A stretch of DNA of 64,000 nt from Octopus vulgaris (lineage: Eukaryota): positions 99,200,001-99,264,000 of the forward strand of contig OX597814.1 in the NCBI GenBank assembly GCA_951406725.2, read 5' to 3'. Below are positions 13,566 to 24,950 of the stretch, piece after piece. Position 1 is the stretch's first letter, and every line of letters starts with the position of its first letter. Below the pieces are notes generated by a model. It was given only the letters and a program-made list of their open reading frames with translations. It was not told where the DNA came from and did not search any database. A program made the translations under genes and the position numbers.

Positions 13566-14574
13566 GGAAAGAATGCTTGAATGAAAGAACCTGCAGAAGA
13601 TGGTTTGAAAAATTCAGAAGTAGAGATTTCAGCCTTGAAGATGAAGATCGAACAGGACGTCCAGTTGAGCTTGATGATAAGCTCCTTGAGGTATTACTTG
13701 AAGAAAATCCTGCATTATCAGTTGACGAATTGGCAATAAAGCTTAGTTCAAACCATACAAATGTTCATCGTCATCTTCAACACAACTTGGAAATTTCTCC
13801 CAAACTTGGAAAATGAGTGCCTCATGAATTGTCCGAAAGTAACCGCAAATCCCGAGTTGACATCGGCTCTTCTCTCCATTCTCGCGAACTCATTTCGCTC
13901 TTTTTGGATAGACTTGTGACTGGTGACGAAAAATGGATCTTCTATCGAAATGCTAAACGTCGTAAACAGTGGCCTGGTAAAAGGTAAAAAGCTCAGCCAC
14001 AACCGAGAAGGGAACTTCATGGGAAAAAGGTTCTTCTCTCTATCTGGTGGGATTGCAAAGGAGTAATTCACTTTAAATTGTTACCACCTAATGCAACAAT
14101 CAATGCTCAAGTCTACTGTCAGCAATTAGAGCGTTTGTACCAAGCTTCGAAGGAAAAAAAACCCGCTTTAGGGAATCGAAAAGGAGTGATGTTTCATCAG
14201 GAAAAATGCACGACCCCACACTGCAAAGATCACATCGCAGAAGATCAAAGAGCTTGGTTGGAAAAAATCCTTCATCCACCTTACTCTCCCTACCTTGCTC
14301 CTTCAGACTACCATTTGTTTCGTAGTTTACAGAATCATTTGGGGGGCATAACTTTCGCAAACCACGAGGAGGTCGAAACTAACATTTCAGAGTTCTTCAC
14401 TTTCAAACCAAAAGAGTTTTACATTGATGGGATTAAAAAGCTTGTACGTAGATGGAAGGAAATCATAGATAATCAGAGAATGTACATCGATTATTATATT
14501 TCGATTAAATGTAACATTTGATAATTTGTTTTCTTTATTCAAAATCCAGACAGAACTTATGAGATGACCTGATA
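13566..14574 (+). pseudogene. 5'-truncated mariner (DD34D) transposase pseudogene with right TIR
   Basis: RRWFEKFRSRDFSLEDEDRTGRP, K*VPHEL, LVTGDEKWIFY, HPPYSPYLAPSDYHLF; ends GAACTTATGAGATGACCTGATA. Confidence 0.93.
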
Positions 14575-14639
14575 AAAACAAAAGGCGTAAATATTTGAAC
14601 TTAAGATTTAATTGTGTTCTTATCTATGATGCTTAATTC

Positions 14640-16397
14640 TTCTTTGCAGGTGTCATAAATACAAAAAATATTTTTCTGTCTCTTTCTACTGTTAAGTAGG
14701 CTGTTAATATCTTTTTCTTATGAAAATATGTACCTTAAACTCACAGGACAAACCTTTGAACTGAGAATTTTAAGTTCATTTATTAATTCAAAGTACTTTT
14801 TAAAGTCCGTTTTATTAACTTATTTTATTAACATCAGTTGTCTCCTCTTCCATGTCATTATTTAGAGATTTGGAATTCATCACTTGACTTGTAAATATTT
14901 TTCTTTCATCTGGATTATTGCAACATTCTGTTTCTCTAGTTTCATAACTTTTTCATTCGGTAAAAGTAACAGTATCATATTTAAATTCCTTGAGTTCCTT
15001 AAGTGCGTATTGCAGCTCATATTCTCTATTTTCTAAATTCAACCCAACTGATGTTTCTTCAAGCGAATCTTCACTCATTGAATTTTGTATTTGTAGACCT
15101 GAATTTTTCAAGCAATTTACAATTATCTCTTTTACAACCGGATCCCATGCCTGGACAGACTAAAAGATACCATTCAATAATGTACCTTTTCAATTGACAC
15201 TTTCACATCTTTCTTTATCAACTAAATTTTTAATAAAAATCGTATTGTAGTTGCACTTGAGTAACCAAATTATTCCTTGGTGTGAAGGTTGTAAATTTTC
15301 AGTTCTGTTCTAAAAAATTGTTCTATATTTGAATAAGCTTTCTTGTTTGTGGCATGCTGCGATATCAAGGAGCAATAATTTTCTCTGTTGTTTAAAAAAT
15401 TCGTAATTGATTTCTTTCGGGTAAAATGAAAATGAGTTTTCCGTCATCCATGCCGTATTGTTTTTGTAATAAAATTCCTGTTCCGAAATGTCAATATTTT
15501 TGCAACAACGAGGTGTACGACTTTTTCCAATAAAAAGGGGTTTTAACTTCTTACCAGTTGTACTACATGTCAAATATATTGTAATTCTTTCTTTTGATTC
15601 CTTTTAATCGGTAATTTTATTGTAGAATAATGCAGTTTCATCTGTGTTAAAGATATTTTCTGAATTATATTCAAGAAGTTTGTTTTTAAATTTATCCCGA
15701 AATTCATTTATTTCCTTTTCAGACACGTCAACTTTAGTAGCAGTTTGAGTTTTAACTTTAATATTATTTCTTTTTAAGAAATAATTTAACCCCTTAGACT
15801 CCTTTACTTCGTTCTCTTTCGCAATTTCAAGAGTTTTCGCTTGAGGATATTCCCATTTATTGGGATTTTTAGTGATCTAATTATCTTAAGTTCTTCAATA
15901 AGTGATTCGTCTACCTTGGTCTTAATTGAATGCAGTTTTTTCGTGCTTAAATTCTTTCCCGATTGAAGTATATCATTATAAGTACATATTATTTTTTTGT
16001 CATTTTTTTAAAAGTTCGGATATTGTTGATTTCGGAATGTTCACCTTTTCCATTACAAATGAAGTTTTGTATTTTTTCAAATCATGGAATCCTCAAAAAT
16101 GCAGATGGGTAAATCTCTAAGTAACAACATTCGGTGGTATTCAGAGAGGGAGATGTAAGAGGAAGTGTAAAAACGTAAAAGAACGCAGAAAAGGTGTAAA
16201 ATCTCATCTTACTTCTCTCGATTATTAATCCAAGGTGCTTCCTTGATCCTTAAAGTCTATTAGTGTTAGTGTTTACGTTTTAGACGAAAAGAAAACAAAA
16301 AGAAAACTATATTTATTTAATAAAAATCTGGCAGTAGCTAACTTTTCTTTGGAGTTCGTTATACAGAGAGAAAATTCGTTATTGAGAGGTTAGACTG
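14640..16397 (-). pseudogene. Decayed pogo/Tigger (CENP-B-like) transposon
   Basis: ENIFNTDETALFY, TGKKLKPLFIGKSRTPRC, TAWMT, LLLLDIAACH; TA|CAGT terminus at 16397-16399. Left boundary is approximate. Confidence 0.85.
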
Positions 16398-16422
16398 TAT
16401 CTATTTTCCAATCTCTCTCACT

Positions 16423-16465
<43 letters not shown>

Positions 16466-16467
16466 TT

Positions 16468-16870
16468 ACTCTTTACTCTTTTACTTGTTTCAGTCATTTT
16501 ACTGCGGCCATGCTGGAGCACCACCTTTAGTCGAGCAAATCGACCCCGGGACTTATTCTTTGTAAGCCCAGTACTTATTCTGTCGGTCTCTTTTGCCGAA
16601 CCGCTAAGTGACGGGGACGTAAACACACCAGCATCGGTTGTCAAGCAATTCTAGGGGGACAAACACAGACACACAAACATACACACACATACATATATAT
16701 ATATACGACAGGCTTCTTTCAGTTTCCGTCTACCAAATCCACTCACAAGGCTTTGGTCGGCCCGAGGCTATAGCAGAAGACACTTGCCCAAGATGCCACG
16801 CAGTGGGACTGAACCCGGAACCATGTGGTTGGTAAGCAAGCTACTTATCACACAGTCACTCCTGCACCTA
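16468..16870 (-). mobile_element. SINE family A, full-length young copy
   Basis: Reverse complement: GGTGCAGGAGTGACTGTGTGATAAG (A box), GGTTCAGTCCC (B box), internal (TA)/(TG) microsatellite, (AGTAAAAG)n tail; near-identical to 28384-28787. Confidence 0.93.
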
Positions 16871-17013
16871 TATATTTACTTGTGTACATAAAGTAGTACG
16901 TAAGGACTTCCGACAGTTTCAACAGTGTAGCTTCAGTTGGTCGCTTAAAATAGTTACCTGTTTACTCAAAGTAAGATGTAAGTGGCTGAGCATTCTACAC
17001 ACACACAAACACA

Positions 17014-17096
<83 letters not shown>

Positions 17097-17134
17097 GTAT
17101 CTATCTATCTCTTTCCCTCTCTCTCTCTCTCTAT

Positions 17135-17221
<87 letters not shown>

Positions 17222-17364
17222 GAGAGAGGGAGAGAGAGAGAAATACATACATATATACATATCTATACATGTAGTTCGAAGTTTAGGGCACAGATGGTCT
17301 GGAATACATTATCAGCGATATTTCTGGTTTCTTAACGGGTTTTGTGTCTTCTAAAAATCAAATA

Positions 17365-17545
17365 TCTGCACCTAGATAACTCAACCAAAGTTGATCAAAT
17401 CCTAGTTCGCATCTCCGGACCAGCAAACCAAAGTATAGTTGTTCTGTCGTTACCGATGCCGTCTCTATTATCAAAGAGTCACTTGAAGCAAGTATAATAG
17501 GCTGATAATTGACAGGGTCAGGCCCTTTATTGGTATATTGTTCAT
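17365..17545 (-). pseudogene. Very degraded LINE reverse transcriptase fragment
   Basis: KGPDPVNYQPIILAS resembles the DPxNYRPISLTS motif, followed by EQ..FG and FDQLW remnants. Confidence 0.4.
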
Positions 17546-18237
17546 ATCTAATACAGGCATAAAGATGAGTACCTGAAAATAAAATCTATTTGCATTAGAT
17601 TAAGCCTTGCTCAATGACATTAGCAGAGTACGTTAATCTTGACTTCAAGCGACAATGGTAACGTTTGTTTCGCAGGCAACGTACGTTTCTACTCTTTGAC
17701 ATTCATCCTATTTCATATTTCTAACATAAAGTTTCCGAAACAAATAAATATCTTAACAAGAGAGTAAAAAAAAACAAGTACATTTAAGCGCGTCAGATGA
17801 TACGATCAGTATCTCGCAGGCAAAGTGTAAGGGAGCGTTCTTGTTTTCTCAACTGTGTCGTACTAATAACAGGTGACGCTGCCAAATCAGGCGCCAGGTC
17901 AAACAGGAATTTCTATAAAGTATAACCTTTCGCATGTTTTATTCTACAGAGGTCATAACATACGGTTGTCTATTTAGGTAGATGAAAGGTTATATATGAA
18001 CATACTCATTTATAAATCTATGTAATATATTGTACCCGTATCATTTAACAGATCATTTAGATATGTGTGCGTATGTGTATTTGTGTGTGTGTATGTGTGT
18101 GGGCGTGCGCGTGCGCGCGTGTAAATAGAGATAAAGATAGCTATATAGATAGATAGACTGGGGTGTGTATATAAATATATATATGCATATATATATATAT
18201 ATACATACATATTTATATAGATTAATAGATATGTGTG

Positions 18238-18285
<48 letters not shown>

Positions 18286-18876
18286 CATATACACATGCTC
18301 ACACACACACATATATATGTATATATGTAAGTATATACAGTACATACAGTATATATACATATAACTATATATATGTGCATGTATATGTATGTTTGGGTGT
18401 GTGGTTGTGTGTAAATACATATATATTATATATATGAATAGTTAACAGAGAAATAATTTCCGCATGAAATCCATTATTCACACAGCTGGATTCCTATGCT
18501 AAATTTATGAGTAATTCATGCGTTTTTAGACTGTAATTTTCTTTTTGTCTCGCTTTGTCTGCTAATACAAATGTCTTACAGCAAAGAAAGGTTTAAATTT
18601 AGGGAAAAAAATTAACACAGATTTAAGCAGTGCAGTTTGGTAAGTAGAAAATAATTTATCAACATGTTACTGTATTGTGACTCTGAAGTATTGTGGCCTA
18701 TTTCGAGAACTGTACAAGGCTGTTGGGTACTATGAAATACCCCTTGGAGCGGTGTAAAGGTATGCTATTTATAATGCTGGAGACATCTATATATATTACA
18801 ACTGGTCATTGTAAGGTCAATATAGAAATGAAATCATCATAGAGCGCAAAAGACGGTGACTTCAATTTTTCATGCA

Positions 18877-18916
<40 letters not shown>

Positions 18917-18959
18917 GCACATATATATGTATGTATATATACAACACATATTTTTTCCC

Positions 18960-19135
18960 ATTTTTTTAAAGTCTTCGTTCTCCTTACATTTTCTTCCTCT
19001 CAATCCTTTCTGTCGAAGAGCGTAGTCTCGAAACGTCGAAGACTTTTCCATTCTTCTCCAGCGTCAAACTAATACACCTGCTTGTTGTTCCCTCACCTGT
19101 CTTTGCCTTTAGCTTCCTGTAAATTTCGAACTATA
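18960..19135 (+). mobile_element. Penelope-like pLTR fragment with degenerate hammerhead-like motif (19006-19041)
   Basis: CTTT-CTGTCGA-A-GAGCgtagTCTC-GAA-ACGT-C-GAAG; second, more decayed copy at about 55320-55445. Confidence 0.6.
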
Positions 19136-19149
19136 TGTATAAATACATA

Positions 19150-19227
<78 letters not shown>

Positions 19228-19470
19228 CTTTTACTTTTTACCGTCATTTGGCCATGCCAGAGCACTGTCCTGTAGGATTTTAAAGTTTGATAATTATTCT
19301 ATCTCTCACATTTGCTGAAACGCTGAGTTTCAGAGTCATAAACAAACCAACACCGACTCTCTGAAACGGTGATGGGGGATAAACGCACATATTCTTACGC
19401 AAACTCACCCCAAAACACACACACACGCAGGCACACACACTCACACACACACACATACACACACATGTAT
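19228..19470 (-). mobile_element. SINE family A, decayed 3' part
   Basis: GGCCATGCCAGAGCAC and CATAAACAAACCAACACCG blocks. Confidence 0.55.
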
Positions 19471-19926
19471 TATTATTTTTTTTGTTGCCTTGGCCTGGCC
19501 CTAAGGTCATATTCTGTTTACTTATACTGTTTATTTATTTCGTTTTTTTTTGTCCCTCGTTCCTCCTTGTTTGTCCGTCATGTTTTGTTACGTTCTGGTC
19601 GCATTCACAGCAAGTTCTCTTGCTGGTGGCCTCCAGGGTGTACGCAATATTGTCGACTATGACACGAAATTGTGTTCGGCACTTAGGCCCATAACTGATA
19701 AGGGATTTATGACCTGTGTTTGTTCTCCGTTTGTCTATGCATTCAGTGCATTTCATATATATGTATTTCCGTCCATTTGTTTATACCTGCTTGACTTATA
19801 TGTACATATGCATTCTCTTATGCGAAGCACATTCCTTATATTCAAATTTAGTACCTGACACATGACCACTGGTCAAACGAAAGTATTTAATCTGACGTAC
19901 TGTTTCTGGAAATATGTGTGTGTGAG

Positions 19927-20018
<92 letters not shown>

Positions 20019-21213
20019 TTATAATCATTTGTTGAGAGAGAGAGTGAGAGAGTGGGGAGAGAGAAAGAATTTATGTATAATTCCCCTGTTATTAATCTGA
20101 TCTAACAGGAAACAATTGTTGCATTCCGTTGGCCACTAGGTGAAACAAAAGACTGAAAATAAGAGAATTAATTACAAAAAACTTCAACAACCAGTGCAAT
20201 GGCATCAATCGAAACAGTAATTAAGACATTAGAGAGATTGACAATGATATCAAAAGAAGCAGTCGTAACAGCAGCAGCAGCGGCTATAATAAAAATCTGC
20301 CAAGAAGAAGAAAACGAACAACATCATTATAAATTGTTAGGTAATAATTGACTGAATGTCACGTGAAGAAAGTATATTAACGGAAAGTTCAAAGTAGCAA
20401 AAATAACAACGACCAGGGGAAGGGAAATACTATCAAGTTATCAATGTAAACGAATCCTAAGATTTGATTCTTTGAGGAGACCAATTAAACAGTCATTTAA
20501 CAAACGATAACAAGCCACAAACAACTACAACAACAAGAGCAAGAAGAAAACCAACAATAACAGGAACAAGAGGAAAAAGCAATATAAACAATGTTGACGG
20601 TGCTGACGACTACGGCTTCGAAGACGAAATCCGTTTATTAAGACGACGAAATAACCTGTTTCATTGTCAGATAGAAATCTAGCAAAACAGATTGTAAAGT
20701 AGCTCCATTTGATTTTGATTGGCGGCTGTCTGATTTATGCACGTATCTGTTGGCCATTGATCACGGTACTTAGTCACAAAACTAACTAATCAGTGCTGCA
20801 CTGTTAATTAACACGGTTAACAAGTATTATCAGCGATACTACTACTGCTATCGCTGGTAATGTCACCCTTATCAATAATATTACTAATATTGTTGCTAAT
20901 AACAATACATCAACAAATATTTCAAACAAAGAGAAAAAGCAATAAAATCTCGATAACGTTTGCTTTCAACTGGATACGAAGACTGAAAAGTTGCAAAATG
21001 GTTAAAATACTCATATATATATATGTATATATATATATATATGTGTGTATATAGGGACTTGTGTGTGCATGTGTGTATGTGGATATGTGTGTGTATGTGT
21101 GTATGTGTATGTGTGTGTATGTATATATTTTTGTGTGTGTATATGTATGTGTGGTCGTGTGTGTATATATACATGTGTGTGTGTATATATATATGCATAT
21201 ATATGTATATATA

Positions 21214-21593
21214 TCTCTTATTATAAAAGGCAGATTTTATCTGCCTCCCTTTGAGAGTTATACAAATCTACAATATAGGATTTCTTCAATTACAATTTAC
21301 CTAGCATTTTTAAGAGTACAATGCATCGCGTCATGCCAGGTCCAGTTTTTAAAATTTAAACTCCAATTAAGCAAAATTTACAGAAAACTCACATTCTGGT
21401 GTGTGTGTCAAATGCTTTTCTTAGTCTGGTTTACACCACACGCAAACGCACACACACAGTGGGCAACGAATAAAATGAAAGTAATTCACTTACAGTAGTG
21501 AGTGATTCTTTCACTCTGCCTCCCACTTCCTCTTTCCACACATAGACACGCAAATATATAAATAAAATTGTAAGCTAACGTGCGTGTGTGTGA

Positions 21594-21626
<33 letters not shown>

Positions 21627-21700
21627 TGAGGGTGCGTGTGTGTGTGTGTGTGTGCGTGTGCGTGAGTGTGTGACAGGAAAGTTTTTTACGACGAATATAA
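21214..21700 (+). mobile_element. Probable non-autonomous Helitron, 5' part
   Basis: A|TCTCTTATTATAAAAG start resembles the element at 22780; no 3' CTAG or hairpin found. Confidence 0.45.
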
Positions 21701-21723
21701 GACCTATATCCAAGTAGCAGAAA

Positions 21724-21989
21724 GATAAGACAGTAAGGTGTGATTTGAGGGAGATTTGGCTGCTATTTCTACCATGTCTAGCTGCCATGTAGGGGTCTCC
21801 CTCATAGCCTCATACATACATATATACATAGATAAGACAGTAAGGTGTGATTTGGGGGAAATTTGGCTGCTATTTCTACCAGGTCTAGCTACCATGTAGA
21901 GGTCCCCCTCATTGGCTCATATATATATACATACATAAGACAGTAAGGTGTGATTTGAGGGAGATTTGGCTGCTGTTTCTACCAGGTCT
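21724..21989. repeat. Tandem repeat, about 105-bp unit x2.5
   Basis: ATAAGACAGTAAGGTGTGATTTGRGGGARATTTGGCTGCTRTTTCTACCA recurs at about 21724, 21831 and 21934. Confidence 0.95.
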
Positions 21990-22054
21990 GTTAGGCCTTC
22001 TCATGTAAACTCAAGCTTTCTCATGCCTTGAATATAAGACCAAAGCAGAGAATG

Positions 22055-22270
22055 TATTCTTTTATTCTTCTGCTTTTTCCAGCCATTGGTCTGTGGCCAT
22101 GCTGGGGCAATGCCTTGAAGAATTGTAGTTTAATGAATCAACTCCAGTTTTATTTTTGTAAGCATTGTACTTATTCTATCTGTTTCCTTTGTCAAACCAC
22201 TAGGTGACAGGGATGTAAACGAACCAACATTCGTTGTCAAGCAGTGGTGGAGGACAATCACAAGCACAGA
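22055..22270 (-). mobile_element. SINE family A, 3' half
   Basis: GGCCATGCTGGGGCA...GTACTTATTCTATC...GTTGTCAAGCAGTGG. Confidence 0.75.
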
Positions 22271-22354
22271 CACGCACACACACACACATACATGCATACA
22301 CATATACACACATACATACATACATACATATATATATATGTGTGTATATATATA

Positions 22355-22673
22355 TTGCAGCGTGGAAGGTGTTTGTAAGCCATTTAAGAAACACACAAAA
22401 ACCGTTACATTCACTTCAACATTTAAATTTAATTTGCCAAAATATTTTCGTCGCTTTGAGACCGCGACCTGTTCACTGACAAAAATATCGTGCTAACAGG
22501 TCGCGGTCTCAAAGCGACGAAAATATTTTGACAAATTAAATTTAAATGTTGAAGTGAATCTAACGGTTTTTGTGTGTTTCTTAAATGGCTTATAAACACC
22601 TTCAACGCTGCAACTGCTTTCGTTCCAGCACACGATCTCAGATCAAGTCACTTGCTATGCAAGTACATCTCTG

Positions 22674-22678
<5 letters not shown>
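22355..22678. mobile_element. Inverted pair of Penelope-like pLTR fragments (119-bp arms, 21-bp spacer)
   Basis: 22355-22473 is the reverse complement of 22495-22613 with 4 mismatches counted; flanked by (TA)n; contains a hammerhead-like motif. The PLE assignment is an inference. Confidence 0.7.
22433..22483 (-). ncRNA. Minimal type I hammerhead ribozyme-like motif, G3-C8 variant
   Basis: TTTGTCA-GTGAACA-G-GTCGC(ggtctcaaa)GCGAC-GAA-AATATT-T-TGGCAAA: stem I 7 bp with one G.U, stem II 5 bp, palindromic stem III. Confidence 0.6.
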
Positions 22679-22716
<38 letters not shown>

Positions 22717-22779
22717 TGGTAAAAACAGTAAGATAACAAAAGAAAGAAAGAGACCTCAATATTATGTAAATAGAGGAAA

Positions 22780-23171
22780 TCTTTATATATAAAAGTGAGG
22801 TTGTGTGTCTGTCTCCTACGATTTAGATTCCTAACTACTCCCACATTTTGCGATGCAGTTTAACCAAAACCGGGTATCTTATAGTCGTGATTCATATCGA
22901 GACCGTCTGGGTATTAGCGCGCGTCTACGATGAGTCTACGATTAAAAAAAAATTTACCATCAATTTTTCCCATTTTTAATCCATTTTTGACATATATAAG
23001 GGAAGTAACTCTCTAAAATTTATTATTAAATCTCAGAACGTAAAAAGCTACAGTAACACCCCTCCCCCTTTGTGGTTAGCCATATTGAGATGGCTATTAT
23101 ACTTTACATCTCTAAAAATGCTTATATAATTATTTCCCTTACAAACCCGAGCAACGCCGGGCGATACTGCT

Positions 23172-23173
<2 letters not shown>
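22780..23173 (+). mobile_element. Non-autonomous Helitron, complete
   Basis: Inserted between A and T, 5' TC, 3' CTAG, subterminal hairpin CCCGAGCAACGCCGGG, no TSD. Confidence 0.88.
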
Positions 23174-23208
<35 letters not shown>

Positions 23209-23522
23209 GTATGTATATATATATATATATGTATATATATATGTGTGTGTGTGTATGTATGTGTGTATGTATATGTGTGTGTGTGTGTATATATATACAT
23301 ATGTGTATATGTATAAGTGAGAATCTCCTTATTTACCTAAAACTCTATTCTTCTATATATTTTTTTATTCTTTTATTTATTCTTTTATCTAATTTACCAC
23401 TGACTCCTTGACCACTCCCCCAAGTATGATATTATTGCGCTATGCCTACCCCAAAAAGTCCCCCACCACCACCCCTTTAAACCTGCCTAAATGTATAAAT
23501 GCCAATACAATTCTTGTTAACT

Positions 23523-23573
23523 AGCTTCCTGATGATTTCTCTTGAATGAAACAGTTCTAGTCCTGTAGAAGCT
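23523..23573 (+). ncRNA. Type I hammerhead ribozyme motif (canonical core) within a probable Penelope-like pLTR (about 23400-23660)
   Basis: AGCTTC-CTGATGA-TTTC(tctt)GAAT-GAA-ACAG(ttctagtc)CTGT-A-GAAGCT: stem I 6 bp, stem III 4 bp, GUA cleavage triplet; stem II is weak (U.U at the closing pair). Confidence 0.78.
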
Positions 23574-23656
23574 CCTTCTATATAATAAATTAATTTTACT
23601 CTGCTATGTATTGAGTACCTTATTTACTGTGGTTAACCCCGAATCAACCCGGGACC

Positions 23657-23699
<43 letters not shown>

Positions 23700-24639
23700 G
23701 AGATATGACTGGTATTTAGTAAAATATGGAGGAGTGTAATTCAAAAGTTTACTTTATTCCAATGTTAATGTGAGACTAAGTGAGCTGTAACCATAGTAAT
23801 AAATATTACTACCGTTGCCTGATGATGAAGCGAACACTTTTATCGGGGTGACATTTATGTGTCTGCTCTATAAACATGTATAGGCGTTGGGTCGCGGATG
23901 ATGATGGTGTGCAAACCCAAGGGCTGCTCCAGGCATCGCACACTCTAGCCACATTAGTATTAAATTCATCAACTCTGTCTCCGTTGAGTTATACTCAGCT
24001 TAGAAATCTGCTTTTTGATTGAAGCCATTCTATGGAATCTTTTGGAAAATAATTTCATATTCAAACCATATTGAGAAAACAAAACTAGAAACTCCTCATC
24101 AAAACTCGGGCTAAATCACAAATTTAAGGATAGGATGCACTAGAGTGATTTCATATTGTTTTCTCATTTCAGATGACAATTGTGAGTTAACAGTATTAAT
24201 CACATACAACGTAATGCTGGTGATAAACTATTAACCTTTAATTTATTTTCCAGTGACACATCGATTTCGCCGTTCATTCTCTCATTAACTATATAAATAT
24301 AAAATTATAAGTATATCTAGTCTTCGAAGCTTGATTTTAAATCAGTACGCCTCCTTACAAAACTGAATCGTTTCGTTCAGCTGGACTTCTGATAGTAACC
24401 ATCTTCTCTTGTGTTCTGGTGAATTATATTCGGCATTAATTTTACATGAGAATTAACCATTTTGAAGACAGTAAGGTTGTATCTAAGGTAGACGTGTCCG
24501 GAATTTCTTCCATAGCGAGTGACCGCATAGAGGATCCACGCTGGTTTGAGTCTTCCGCATTATCTCATGCCATAAAGATACCAGACGCCTTCACAGTTTT
24601 CACTTTATTGAAGTAAACTCCATAAGCATTAGCGGGTAG

Positions 24640-24950
24640 AGTATGCGTAATGTCTCCTACACAGATGACATTACACACCTTTCTACACATACTGCTGTAG
24701 CCTTACTTAATTCACCTACAAAACTGGTTCCTCAATAACAGAGCTAAATTAGCACATACCAAATCCCTTGTGCCTCTTTTCCGAACAATCACAACAAATA
24801 ACCCCAAATACAACCATACCTCACAACCAACAATATACACGTACCACAAATGATAGGCCCGACAAGTATAAAGAAAACAGGCCCTCTAAACGTAGCTGCA
24901 ACATCGATATTCTCATTAGCCTCAAATCACTGAGCTAGGGCGTGCTGCCA
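24640..24950 (+). pseudogene. Possible degraded LINE reverse transcriptase fragment
   Basis: SYTDDIT (YADD-like) followed by A/C-rich coding-like remnants. Confidence 0.3.

Noticed and set aside
21724-21989. CRISPR-like repeat periodicity
   Set aside because: The intervening sequences are themselves repeated, the context is eukaryotic, and there are no cas genes.
23813-23886. Second CTGATGA hammerhead candidate with palindromic ACATGT
   Set aside because: GAAA reads TAAA and stem I does not pair in register; at most a decayed relic.
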